From: Paragordius varius
Taxonomy: Eukaryota > Animalia > Nematomorpha
Direction: 5' to 3'
Assembly: GCA_964247055.1 (NCBI GenBank)
Contig: OZ176060.1
Span: 248,001-312,000, forward strand
DNA: 64,000 nucleotides
Part shown: piece after piece, positions 37,621 to 51,064 of the stretch
Layout: every line of letters starts with the position of its first letter
Position numbering within the stretch: the stretch's first letter is position 1
Program-made: the position numbers and the translations under genes
The notes under the pieces: model-generated
Databases searched by the model: none
What the model was told of the DNA's origin: nothing
What the model saw: the letters and a program-made list of their open reading frames with translations, nothing else

Positions 37621-39149
37621 TGCCCATTTGTAATATATCATTCGAAAAATAATATGTATTACATCGACAATTAATATTGGACACAAAGAGCGACAAACGC
37701 GCGAAGCGAGAGCATTTTTTTTAATTATTAAATTTTAAAACTAATGGATGAAAATAGCTCAAACTTTGTTTAGATGGTTATGAATGTCCAAAAAAGATAA
37801 CACAAGAAAGTTTTTTTGATTAAAACATTTTTTGTTGCTTTTATGTCACTCAAAACAGCCATTTTTAAGTTTTTTTTTTAAAAATTACCATCTCATCAAT
37901 ATTAATTTATTTTCTTTACAAGGCTGATAATTTCGAAGTTTTAAAAATAAAAACAAAGTCTAAGGTATTTTTGATCTTTTATAGCCATTATGTAATAAAT
38001 TTACAGTTATAACTATGCATTTTAGTATCCACTAGGTAAAATATTTAAGATAATAATAATTTTTATTAAAAGAGCAAACCAAAAGCTTTTTCAAAACATT
38101 TTTTTAAATTAAATTCTAATATAACCCTAATAAATTATATTTAATTAATTTTTATGATTTAATTAGATTGTCTAAAATTTTGGACTTATACAAGGGTTAA
38201 AAATTTTGATCATATAAACCCAAAACTTTTACATCAGATTGTAATTGACTAACTACCATTTGTTTTTGGCGCTCTTTCGAACGATATATAATATATGGCT
38301 CTATATCTAAATTGTTAATTTGAATTTATTAGTTATTTTATTTTTTATTATTGTTTAAACAATTATATTTCAAATCAAAATCGAAATTATTAAGGTTTCA
38401 TTATGATATAGACCTTGTTAAATATAATTCGGTTTTTAGCGCTTTTATATGTAATGTTTTCTTATTAATGTAATTTTTGGCTAAAAACTATAAATATAAT
38501 GAATGATACATAAATTTATACCATAATAAAAAATCCGTTTAATTTATTTTAGTTATTGCAGTCATGATATTATACGGACAAATCGTAACAAGAAAAATAT
38601 TTTTTTCTAAAATATAACCATACTTTTTTAATCATGTATATTTAAAATATACATGATTGTTTTAAACTGCAAAGTATAGAAACGATATGTATATCGGTAA
38701 AACAACAATTATATATTTTACAATTGTTTATATATAGTTTATATGAGATAAGTTAATGATTAATAAGTATTGTATTTTGAAAAAAAATTCTTCATTTATA
38801 TTTTTGCATTTTGACCGTCAAATTTTAAACCTTTACAGATCTACATATTGTAATTTGAAAGGGCTTTTTGTAAAAATTGATACACAAAAATTTGGTTTAC
38901 TAAAATGGAAAATGTTAATAAAATTTATTTTTAAATACTAACTAAGAAGAACACGACTGAAAACTCCCCTCTGTCTCTATAACACCGAACAATTATTTTT
39001 CATTGAATAAATTCTGATATTTTTGGATTACCATATATGTAGACTTTATTTTGGCTGCAACAAATTTTATTATAATTATTTCATTTGGAATATTATTACA
39101 CTTGAAAGATTCTATTACATAAATTGCAAAGTATGATAAAGAGATGTAT

Positions 39150-39800
39150 ATTAGACTCCAATTATTAATTTTACAATTGTAATTAAATAGTTTATAAAAA
39201 AATTAAATAATAAAAGAATGATTTTGGAAAATATATAATTATCTCTAATTTTAACGTTTTTTCCCTATAATTTACTGTAAATAGATGGCTTATTTAATGA
39301 AAATATAAAATAATTTATTCATTAATTGATTAGTAAATATTAATGGTGTTTATTGTTAAGCGCAAAATATATTTTAAATAAAAATAGAGATTATTCAAAT
39401 TTAAATATTGTATAAATTGTTTTATATAATTGGGTTCTAACGTTTGCTTTTTGTACACTTGTTTTTCCCTCTCTTGAAAAATTTTTGCTTAAAAAATCAA
39501 CAAAATGATTAAATAATTTTAAATCAATTCATTTTTTACAACTATTATGCCTTTTGCTTTTATACGAAGCTAATAATATTTAAATATTTTTTATAAAATA
39601 AATAAGCCAAAACTTATCATGGAATGTGTTTTTTTGCTATTTTATTAAAAAATTTTCAGCAAAACCTATTGTTAATATCATTTATGCTTATATTGGAAAA
39701 ATATTTAATTTGTTTTATATTTTCTATTTTATAGGTTATATTCTCTTAATAAATTAATTATTTATTTTACAAATTTATTGTTTTCTACTCCGTTACTTTA
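39150..39800. repeat. Inverted duplication of 60480-61130
   Basis: e.g. TTGGGTTCTAACGTTTGCTTTTTGTACACTT vs AAGTGTACAAAAAGTAAACGTTAGAACCCAA; TTTACTGTAAATAGATGGCTTATTT vs AAATAAGCCATCTATTTACAGTAAA. Confidence 0.85.
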
Positions 39801-41126
39801 TGGCCAATTGCCCAAATGTTAGGCCAACAATGAAGTGGGTACTGAGTATATTAAAAGTTTATAACATATACTTTATAATTTAATCGGCGTGCCACGTTTT
39901 TTTTAATGTTGTTAGCTTAAATTTAGTCGATCTAAGTTCTTATCCTAAATAATTGATCATTATGCCTTACCAATTTACATATCTGTTTTTTAGAGCAATT
40001 TCACACACAGAGAAAGTTATATTAAAAAATAGGTTTAAAAAAATATAGCGGACTTAAAAAATATATCTCTTTACGCTTTGACGTTTTGCCCTTATGGTGT
40101 AAATTTTATATGAGATTATTATAGGTTGGATTATATCTGGATATATGTCATTTCTATTTCTCATTTATTGTTTCTTTTTGTTTATATGTAATAAACCTTT
40201 AGTAATATTATTAATTTTATAATAGTAATTTAGTTAAATTTTTAATTTTGGTGCTATCTTATCTAAAAAAACAACCTTTCTCCCCAAAAAAATTAAATTT
40301 CTTAGAATTTCTATGCAAATATTTTATAGTTTTACTTTGTTAGTGCTTAAAGGTTTTTATAAAAAAGGTTAAAACGTAATCGGCTGAAAGGTTTAACCTG
40401 ATAATAATTTACATTGAAAAAGCGTGGCAGGCCTATTAAAACCGTAAAGCCTATTTGTTATTTAGATAGAAAACTTACAGCATATACATTATACCTACTT
40501 TGTTTTTGTGTTTTTGGCCAATTGGCAATACAGTAACATGTGAATAAAAAACAGCAAACGGTGTGAAATATATATTTTTCTTATATCACAACATTAATTT
40601 TGTTTATCAATTTATGGACAAGATTAATTTTATATTCTACACTACTGTATTGCTAATTAACCATCAATAAAGTGACTACAGTACAGTAAAAATCGAAACT
40701 ATACGTACCAAATGTAAATTATATAGTGAATTTTTCAAACAACCATACATATTAAAATTTAATTTTTTATACAAAAACTAATGAATTTGAATTGTAAACA
40801 TAATTGTTTCTACTTAATTTTGCAATCTGAAACAATCAGTCGGATTAAGAAAATCAAGATGTAAAAGTTTTGGTTATCTAGAAAATAATTTTGTCTTTAT
40901 ATATTTGCGTACTCGTATAATTTCAATTTTTATGCAATTTATTTATTATCTACATAAGAAAATTCTAGAAAAGACCGGTCAAATAGCATGCCAAATATTT
41001 TATAAACGATGCTTTTCAAAACGTCTTATAAAATAATATGAATCTCAATATCTGTTATTTTCGAAATGGATATTTAAATTATATTTAATGCTACATTTAA
41101 TCTATTATATATGTTGAATTAAATGC

Positions 41127-41930
41127 TCAATTATGTACATTTTTAATATGCCTGGCAAGACTGATTTTTTTGGTATATACCTTAAGACAAATCGGCCATT
41201 TATGTTTAATATTCTCATGAATAGCATGAATGTGTGTTGCAAGATGGCATTTTTTAGGGATTTTTTTTGCAAATCAGTCATTTATGTTTAATTTTCTCAT
41301 GAACCGACTTAATGTGCCTCCAAGATTGCTTTTGCTAAAAAACATTTTTGAACAAATTTTGCACAAATATTTAATTTGTTCATGAACAGAACGAATATGT
41401 TTGGACAGACCGTTTTTAAACATATATATCTTATTACATTGAATACATCGATAATTAGTATCCAATTTTTGAAGAGTTCAAAGACAGAATAGGTTTTGTA
41501 TTATTGTTATCATTAAATAAATTGTTAATATCATTCAAGCTTATGCCATTGGAATCAACATTTGAAGATACCGAGCTTTTATCTTTTACATTTTTTGGTG
41601 GTTTTTTTAGAGAAAGATCTAAAGGTTCTGTCTGTTCTCCTACCAAATCAATTATTATGGTATCTTTGATGGTTTCGGTATTTTCATCATTTAAGTTATT
41701 ATTTTGTTGAGTATTTTCGCTTTTATTTTCCCTTAAATAACAAAGGTTATAGAAAGAAGCGTTCAAAATTCTCCGTAAATCATCGTTTGTGAAATCTTCA
41801 TTTTCCAATAAATCAAAAAAAGATGCCGGTTTAGATGGATCATCAATATACGTTTCTTGTTGATTTTTGAGTTCTACTTTATAAAGTTTAGTATCGAGAT
41901 CACACCAGAGTTTGTACGAATCGCCAAAAT
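41127..41930 (-). pseudogene. C2H2 zinc-finger paralog E, multiple frameshifts
   Basis: Acceptor TTTTTAG|AT at 41930; DFGDSYKLWCDLDTKLYKVE...LENEDFTNDDLRRILNASFYNLCYL. Frameshift in an A-run at ~41465; fingers 1-2 recognisable, later ones broken. Confidence 0.9.
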
Positions 41931-43817
41931 CTAAAAAAATTTTCAGAAATCAAGTTATCAATGAAGAAACAAAAAATCCTAACAACACAAGAAAGGAATC
42001 TAAAATCTAAAACAGGTTATTACTATAAAATGATGATGCATACATAAATCATAGAGTAATGGTTGAAAATACACAGACAAAAAACATAAAGAAATCATAG
42101 TTTATAAACTAAAACTTTTCAACATATAATATTATGTGTGATATCTTAAATTCATTATATTATCAATTACATCTCTAACCCTATTTTATAAATCATGAGT
42201 GTTATAATATAAAGTATGGCTGTCAAAAATATATTTAGTTTTTTCCCTTATATCTGTACGTTTTTGGATTTTACCGGTATTAGATTTAGTTTCAAATTTT
42301 GACTATTTAAAATAAAGATTATCTAATATTAATAAAAGAGTTGCAGAAATTCGCGGATTGGTAATAAATTTATTTTTATCAAGACAACTAACCCCACAAA
42401 TGACACAAAACTATTATATGGAAAATTAATTAAAAGTTTAAAAATTAAACAATTTAAAATTTTTCTCAAAAAAGGCGGTGTTGTTTTAAAATTATTTTTA
42501 TTATTATTATTATACCAAATTTAATATTTTTACCAATCATTTTAATAAAAACGTCTATTAATTTTAATATTAGGTAACTTAATGTTTTATGATGAGTATT
42601 TGTTAAAACATTAAATTATATTAGGAATTTTATACATATATTTTTTGAAACCAGAAATAATTATTGATAAATAGAATCATATAATAAAATAATTAATAAA
42701 AAATTTACAAATCTAAATATAATTTAAAATACTATCAACTATAAATGATATAATAGGTTCTATTTTAATATTTTAAAACAAAATTAATACTAAATTAAAT
42801 CATAAAAAATATTTAAATTTTTTTAAAACAAATTATTTTGACATTTTATTACAAAAAATATATATTTAAATAAAATATGATATGATAAATAAATTTTAAT
42901 TAAAGTATTTGATAATATATGAATACCCATTTTTCAAATAAATTTGAATATTTTTTCGAATAAACAAAAAGCAGACAATTTAAAAAACTGTTGGTATAAT
43001 CGTCTGTTGTTTCATTTCATAATATTTAAATTATTTTCAATAATTTTTGGGTTTAACACATTTTAAATAAAATAATTTTTTAATATTTTAAATTATATAT
43101 ATAATCTTAATTTACCTTAGAAGTATATTAAATATTTTAAATAATTACGATTTTATTTATTAATAATTTAAATAATATATTTAACTAAAATATATTATAT
43201 ATTAATTTTGATTTACTTTTAACCTGCACTTACTAAATAATAATACTTTTTTCAATTACCAAACTTTATTTATTTATATTAATGACGGGGGTTGATTATG
43301 TTATGTGATTTAGATTATTTTTTATAATTATCATATAAAATATAAAATTTATTTTGATAACATAGTATTTAATGCAAATATTTCTGATGATATTTTTTAT
43401 TTATTAGAGAAAACAATCTGTCAATCCTTTTATAACATGAATATTCTAAAAAAAATATTAAGAAGATAGCATGAAAGATAGTAAAAATATTTTAATCGGG
43501 ATATCTTTATTTTGCGATTTTCCGCTAAGTAAAAGTTTGGCATGTAAATGAATTTATATTTTATAAAAGACAGCGCCATTTTTAATGTTAAATGCCCATT
43601 TTAATAAATCTATCTCTTCTAAAGAATAAACTGTACTTTTATTGCTATAATTAAATATAAAATTATTAAGTGGTTGACAAATATGATTGTGATTCTATCA
43701 TTACATAATAAATAGTTTTGTTTAATTTACATTCAAAGATAGATAATATCGTCCACATTTATTTTCCATATCTTATAAATGAATACAATTATATTTTCTG
43801 TAGAAAAATATTTTTAA

Positions 43818-44700
43818 CTAGCTGGCCCTGTCACGCATCGTGTGGCATAGTCTCTTCAATAATTATCTTAATAATTTGAATAAATAGTGGTAAGGGACAT
43901 AAAAATTATAGAAAATATATTGAATCAAAAGAATGTCCTAAATTATTATTCTTTCATGGGTTTTTGCATAGGCTCAAATATTGACTCTAAAATGACCATG
44001 TCCCTTATTAAAGTTAGTATTCAACTATTATTGGAATTATTTCAAGATTTTCGTTGTTCACACAGTTGGGATTAAGGGATGTAAAAAGTAAATCCTTTGT
44101 GGTCCCTTTTTAAAGGAAAGAAGATATTATACAAATTCCCCAGAAATGTTTAAATTAAACTCGTATGGCCTCTTAAGTTTTTTAACAATTAGCTCCAAAA
44201 CTACACCATTTCTATATGGTGTCTCGGTTTTAAACCGGTAGCTCTACCCATAGAACTAGATGGAAAAAGCGCTGAGTTAAATCTTTGCTTTATAGGGCAA
44301 ATATTTGGACATTTTTGATACCATCATCTCATGGATTATTTAAAAATACCTCAACACTAAATAATCGTTTTATGATAGCCTATTTTTAGGGCACAAAGGC
44401 CTCCACGGCTAATAAATAAGAGTTTAATTTTTACCTAGTTACGGATAATATTGTAAGCTTTTATGAGCTCATATGGCTTCATAAATTTTCTGTAAATTTG
44501 ATCCAAAACAACACGATTGCTATATAGTGGCGCAGTTTTGGAGGGCAGCTTCTTACCCAGGGGCAAGAAAAGGGCGTTGGGGAAAATTTTTACGGAATAT
44601 CTTGATTTATAGGTTTTTTGAAAATTGGCTCCAAAGGCATGCTGTACCGATATGGTGACCGACGCGCGTAGCCACAAATCAGGGGTGAAACAAATAGCGC
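43818..44700 (-). mobile_element. Probable non-autonomous Helitron, inverted copy
   Basis: ACTAG-CTGGCCCTGTCACGC at 43817-43836 is the reverse complement of the 25201-25218 terminus; the hairpin is partly mutated. Confidence 0.6.
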
Positions 44701-46519
44701 TAAAGTCCTGGGTGGGTGGGTGGGGGGTTTTTAATTAAAATTTTGGTGATTTTAAAGATATATTTTTTTATAGGCAAAAATTTATCTAGGTGACTTTAAG
44801 AGCATTGTAGGAGACGGTGTTAATTTATAATTGATAATTATAAATATATATTACCTTCACAAAAGTTGGAAAAATGCCTATTAAATCCTTATAAAGAAAA
44901 AATATTAAATCAATTATTAGTAAGTGAAGTTTATGCCAAGGGCTTCCATAATGAATGTAACAAATATTAAAATATGCCATCTAATTAATGTAATAATTAT
45001 ATTTTTTAAAAAAATGCTAAATGGTTTTCTGTTAATTTGTTTGTTACTTAACAATCAAATATTCAAATATGTATCAATTGACAATTGTGATATGCTTATT
45101 AAAATGACCTAAGAATACATTATTGGCTGTATATAAATATGTTTAAATAATTACAAATTTATATTTAAGTATTTACAGCAAGATTGGGCAGTACTGTTAA
45201 TTCTCAAATTGACTTTGACTAAATTACCTTCTTATTAAATTAAAAACTTTTATATTTTCTATTTCAAATCTGGCTTTTTGTCTAAACATATTTTATAATA
45301 ATATTATTAGGGATATTTATTATACTCAAAAATAGTATAATATAAACTCTAAAATTATTAGAATTTGATTTTTAAAAAATGATAGAAATATATTATAAAA
45401 TTAAAATGTAAGCCATCCAAACATCATGCTACGATTCATTTTTACACATCTTGAAAATTAAATTTATATTAATAAAAACTAAGTTTATATTCGCGTATAA
45501 AAAGCATTCTTGAAAGTTCGCTTAGAAATAAATTAGTTTTAAAATTAGCTAATATCGTAAAATAAACATTTTATTATAAAAAAGGCTAATTTATTCTAAT
45601 CATATTCAAATATTGCACCAATCAACTTCATTTATTGAATTAATAGTTTAAAGAAGTGGATTCCAACACAAATCGCTTTGCGGGCCGCATTTTTAGCTTA
45701 AAAATAGGACGTTAGGAATATATATGCGAGCATTCATAATTAATTTATATGATTTTTGAACATAAGATCATAAAAAGAAATCGGAAGGCAACAATATATC
45801 TTGTTATTTAAAAAATATTTTTTAGGAATCATTAATTTTTAGATTTTATGAGAATGTTTTTGATGGAATCTTTTTAAAAAAACTAAAAAATTCATTTCAA
45901 TATAAGGAATGACAATTGTTGTCTCTCATAAATAAATTAACTAGAAATATTTTCATATTCACTACAATAAAAATATTATTTTTATCGATGAATTTTTTTA
46001 TATATTTTAAATTATTTACTTAAATTATTAAAATTTTTTAAATATAATTATAAATTGGCGATTTTAATTAATTATGTTAAGTATTAGTTATTAAAATTTT
46101 ATCAGAATCAATATATTTTAAGTAATATATTTATATATATAATTATTTGTAGAAATATTCGAAAGTAATTAATATTTGATGAATATAGCTAAATAGTTTT
46201 TCATAAGGTGAATATTAATTGTTATTAATAGTAAATAATATTAAACAATTTCAAATCATATATTAATTGATAAACATTTCTTTATGAATATCTTAATAGA
46301 TTTTCAATAAGTAATTAGATTTATCAGTACTAAATTATAATAACTAATTTAGTTGTTAATTATTGTCAAATACATATCCAGCAAAGAGAATTATTATTGG
46401 CTAATAATTGAGAACAAAGTGAAAAAAATAACTATAAGCCAATAATACTGCCCTTTGTTGAATATGCCATTTATTTGTCAATAATTTATAACTTTCTAGC
46501 AATGCATACTTACCCATAC

Positions 46520-47030
46520 TGTAATTGAATATTTTTTTGTGATTTAATTTATTATTAATTATACTAATTTAACATATTAGTGTTTAAAAGATATATAAAT
46601 AAATATTAAATTTTTAGTTAATATTATTAGATTATTTCTTAACTATGAAATAAATTATTTTTTATTTGAATTATTTAATCAATAATTAATTTAAAAATAA
46701 AATATTTCTTATATTAAAAATAATAAAACTTATAATCTAGTTTAATGTTTCAACAATAAATTTATATTATATAAGATCAAATTACCAATATTAATTCCTA
46801 GTCTTTATTGATATAATTATATAGACTCATAATATAATAATACTAGTTATATTTAATTAATTTTATAAAATAATTAATACCGCTTTTTGGAGAAAAACAT
46901 TAAATTGTTTAATATTTTAAAATTTTAATTTATCATATAATAGTTTTGTCATTTTTAGTGTACATGGTATTAATAAATATATTTTATCAATCCTGCTTTA
47001 TAAGCGACTTATATGTAATCTTATATTAAT
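46520..47030. repeat. Direct repeat of 27232-27745 (block B)
   Basis: Shared TAATTGAATAT.TTTTTGTGATTTAATT start and ATAATAGTTTTGTCATTTTTAGTGT...TTTATAAGCGACTTA end. Confidence 0.8.
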
Positions 47031-47032
47031 AA

Positions 47033-48156
47033 CACTGCTCAACAAGGTTTTGCACCACCCCATTATTTTTGCATTTTCTGATACCTAATGGCATGGAAAG
47101 GCCAAAACAAAAAAGAAAATTGAGGCCGTTAATAGGATTTTTCCGAAATTTAATTTTTAAATTTGTATTTAATTCAAAAATAACAATCATTCCTCGTGCA
47201 CATATGTTTAAATATTCAAACGAACAAGTTGATACAAGTAATATTCCATGCATGAATAACAAAATTCCAGGTATTAAATAAGATACTAAACAAGCTAAGA
47301 GCCAAAGTATTAAAAATCCAAAAAGGGCTTATGTATAGTGTGATAGATATGGGCGGCTGCACAAGCTCTGCATATCCCCCAAGCGATCCAATTATGCCAG
47401 ATATGGCAAAGATAACAATAAGTAATCATAAAGCCCGATAAGAGAGACTTGCAAGCAAAATTCAGGCAAATTGACATGTCAAATTGATCAATTTACAGAA
47501 TAAAGTTAGATAAATACAATTAAATTGAATATAAATTAGGTAAATACAAATGGTCCAACATAACAGTAAATTCTACTAAAAGTGGCTACACAACATCCAT
47601 CTGAAATTCAAAATACAAAACAACCAATAATTTAAAAAAAATAAGGTATATCCACTAGGTATAAATAAAGGATTTTTTATAAGAACCAACTCAAGAGAAA
47701 CAGTCTAATAAGTACTCGAAAGAACGAAAACTAACAAAAAAATATAACCTATCTGAAAGCCGAAGGTTTAAACCATAGAATGCCTTTTTTTGTATTTTTG
47801 TAAAAAATTTTTATATGTGTGAAAAATTCACTTAAAAAAAAGACTAAATTTTGACGTTTAAGTCCGTCTATTTTTTTCTCTCTGATATTTAAATGACATA
47901 TTTATATTCAAAAGATAGAGTTTAAAACGCTTTATTAAATGATATTAAGTTTATAATATAATAGCATTTTATTATAAAGTTATATTTATCTCGATTTTCA
48001 CTTGTTTTTGAAAAATTGAAAAACCTATAAAATTTCAGAATTCTGATTGGCGGGATCAAAATTTTTTTGAAATTCGGTTTTAAAACACTGAAATTAGTCA
48101 AAATCTAAAAAGTTTGAGTGGTGGTGCTTAAAAATGTCCAAATTTGTCGACTAGTG
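47033..48156. mobile_element. Tc1/mariner-like non-autonomous element (copy A2, inverted relative to A1)
   Basis: Reverse complement of 26101-27229; ends ...TTTGTCGACTAGTG|TA at 48156. Confidence 0.75.
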
Positions 48157-48411
48157 TAGTTTATGTAGAAAAGTTTTCCTTTTAATAAGTATAGTTTTAT
48201 ATCATAAAAAAATATTTTTCTTTATACTTTAACATTTTATCTATCAATTATAATCATTAGTGTAATGATTTAATGTTTGCAAAAGTTGTAATTTTTATAG
48301 TTACAATAATAAACCTATACACAAAGTTTTATGTCATTACTTGGGCTTTTAAAACGAATTTTATCATTAATAATTTGACTTTTCAAATTACATTTATACA
48401 AATTTGTTTAG

Positions 48412-49354
48412 ATTTCGGCGGTTCGACCTACAAACTTTGGTGTGATCTCGATACTAAACTTTATCAAGTAGAACTCAAAAATCAACAAGAAGAATATATT
48501 AATCCATGTAAACCGGCATCTTTTATTGATTTATTGGAAAACGAAGACTTTACAAACGATGATTTACGGATAATTTTGAACGCTTCTTTCCATAACCTTT
48601 GTCATATAAGGGAACATAAAAACGAAAATGCTCTACAAAATAATAATTTAAATGATGAAAATAAAAATGATACCAAAACCAACAAAGATACCCTAGTGAT
48701 CTTTCTCTGAAAAAATCACCAAAAAATGTAAAAGATATAAGCTCGGTATCTTCAAACATTGATTCCGGTAACATAAGCTTGAATGATATTAACAAGCTAT
48801 TTGATGATAGTAACAAAAAACCTATTAAATCTTTAAACACTCAAAAATTCGACAATAATTATCGATGTATTCAATGTGATAAGATATATATGTATAAAAG
48901 CACCTTAACTAAACATATTCGTTCTGTTCATGAACAAGTGAAATATCCGTGCAGAATTTGTTCAAAGATGTTTTCTTGCAAAAGCTCTCTTACTCAGCAC
49001 ATTAAGTCATTTCATGTGAAAATTAAACATGAATGTCCGATTTGTAAAAGAGAATTTACTCAAAGAGGAGATGTTACATCACACATTCAATCTGTTCATG
49101 AACAAGTTAAATATCCTTGTCCGATATGTAAAATAGATTATTCTAGAAAAAGATATCTCACCAAACACATTCTATCTGTTCATGAAAAAAAAACATGATT
49201 ATCCCATTGGTAAATCGGTATTTTCTAATAAACCAATCTTGCATCGCTCATTCAATCTGTTCATGAACAAATTAAACATGAATGCCAGATTTGTAAAAAG
49301 GAATATACGGACAAATACTATTTTAACAGGTACATCAAAAATGTACATAATTGA
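48412..49354 (+). pseudogene. C2H2 zinc-finger paralog F (6 fingers, 4 intact), frameshifted
   Basis: Acceptor TTGTTTAG|AT at 48412; DFGGSTYKLWCDLDTKLYQVE...LENEDFTNDDLRIILNASFHNLCH. A ~30-bp deletion at ~48700 removes LVGEQTEPL and shifts the frame. Fingers CIQC, CRIC, CPIC, CPIC follow, with further frameshifts at ~49190 and ~49240. Confidence 0.9.
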
Positions 49355-49734
49355 ACACTTTATAAATATATGTAGCATGTGTTCATAAATATAATTTGCT
49401 TAAAAATTATGATTTTCGCAAATGTTATATATTGAGATTAATGTTATTTTATGAAGTTTTGCAAAATGCATCATTAATAAAATATTTGAAATGCTATTTG
49501 ACCGCTCTGTTCTGGACCTTTTTTTGTAGAAAAAAATTACAGTAAAAATCAAAATTATACCGTCAAAACCTAAAAATATAAACATAAATATTTTATTTTA
49601 GAACAACCATAATTTTATCTCCTTGATTTTCTTAATTATAACTGATTGGCCTACATTTTAGATTGTAAAATAGAGTTTAATTCGTAACAAATCTTTTTTC
49701 GACAAATAATCTATATAAATATTCACTTTTTTTT

Positions 49735-50265
49735 TATACCATTCGCACTTCAAAAGTGTCCTTGAAAACTTCAAGTTGGTCCTTGAACGTTTCAGGTTGG
49801 TCTTTGAACATTTAAAGTTGATCCATAAATACTTAAAATTAGTCATTCATTTTTGTTTGTTTATACCTTTTATCAATCAAATCGTTAATCATTCATCTAT
49901 TTATCGTTTTTAACTTATTTTCTATTACTAACATAAATTTTAAATCAATATCAACTTTTAATAATTGAAAAACCGTATAGCTTTATTATTTTCTCTAAAT
50001 AATTTAGGATATTTATAAGATGTTAACACTTAATTAAAAAATATATAATTTTGCTGGGTTAACATTTTTAATTTCGAAGACAATTAAAAGTCAATAATTT
50101 TGTTAAATGGAAAAAATAGTTTGAGACAAAAAAGTGGTTTTAAATTAAAAAATATTATATTAAATGAATAATATGAATAAAAAGGTAGGTTAAAAAATCA
50201 AATACATTCAAATATTTTAAGGACCAACTTGAAGTGTTCGACAACACTCTTGAAGTGATGGTATA
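49735..50265. mobile_element. MITE/foldback element with subrepeated TIRs
   Basis: TATACCATTCGCACTTCAAAAGTGTCCTTGAAAACTTCAAGTTGGTCCTT and AAGGACCAACTTGAAGTG...CACTCTTGAAGTGATGGTATA. ~21-bp period; shares the TATACCAT terminus with the 35941 family. Confidence 0.75.
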
Positions 50266-51064
50266 TGATAAGCATAACATATTCATATATACTACTAAAC
50301 TATAGCCAATGTGTTTAGATCACCTCATAATATATATTTTTGGTTAAATATATATATATTTTTAAATATTTAATTATCTAAACTAATTCAAATTTCTAAA
50401 AGGAACTAAGGAGATTAAATGTTAAATTATGGCTATCAAAACTAGCTATTTTATCTAAAATAAACATAAACCCCAGACACATTGTTAAAACTTATTATAA
50501 TCAAAATTTTATTATAATGAAATTCTAAGGGTTAAACAGGCAAAAATTTTAGTTTTTAGGAAAACATCAAGAGTATAGACATAGGAGAGTTAAAAACCTA
50601 ATCTTTCAAGTTTAGGTTACGCATAATTTGTATATATTTTGCCATTTAATTTCGTATGATTTTCAAATAATACACATAAAATTTTTAAATTAATCAACTG
50701 ATCTAAATTCGTATATTTATATCGTCAAATAATATTAAAAGGAGAGTAAATATTTTACATATACGGACAAAATGTAAAATATGAAGACAAATATAATTTT
50801 TCAAAAAATCATGCATTCTAAATCTTAATAAATTTAAATTTAACTCACATTATGTATATCTTGATAATGTTAAACATTTACACCTCGAACATTTTCGAGT
50901 TTATTTTAAAATAACTAGCCCATTTATGAAGAGCGATGAAATTTGGGATTCGGGGTCTATATCAAAAAATTAAAATATTTGAAATATCTGTTTGTCTATT
51001 TATAAGTAATTTATGATAAAATTTACTGATATTTACAAATGAACCGTTAAACCTTTATCAAAAA

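Noticed and set aside
38630-38658. 14-bp-arm palindrome AATCATGTATATTT-A-AAATATACATGATT
   Set aside because: Short, AT-rich, inside a MITE and not conserved in other copies.
27015-47281. Paired ORFs 27015-27236 and 47026-47262 (MEYYLK.../MLFMHG...) as a duplicated gene
   Set aside because: They lie in the terminal region of the Tc1-like element and run through its TIR; the similarity reflects the element copy, not a protein.
26101-48156. Polinton/Maverick or giant-virus interpretation of the 22-kb block with long inverted ends
   Set aside because: No polB, integrase, ATPase or capsid ORFs are present, and the flanks are TA rather than a 6-bp TSD.
48273-48411. N-terminal 46 aa of ORF 48273-48710 (MFAKVV...) as the true start of F
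   Set aside because: The homologous stretch upstream of D has an in-frame TGA and is indel-rich in E and G. It behaves as intron upstream of a conserved acceptor.
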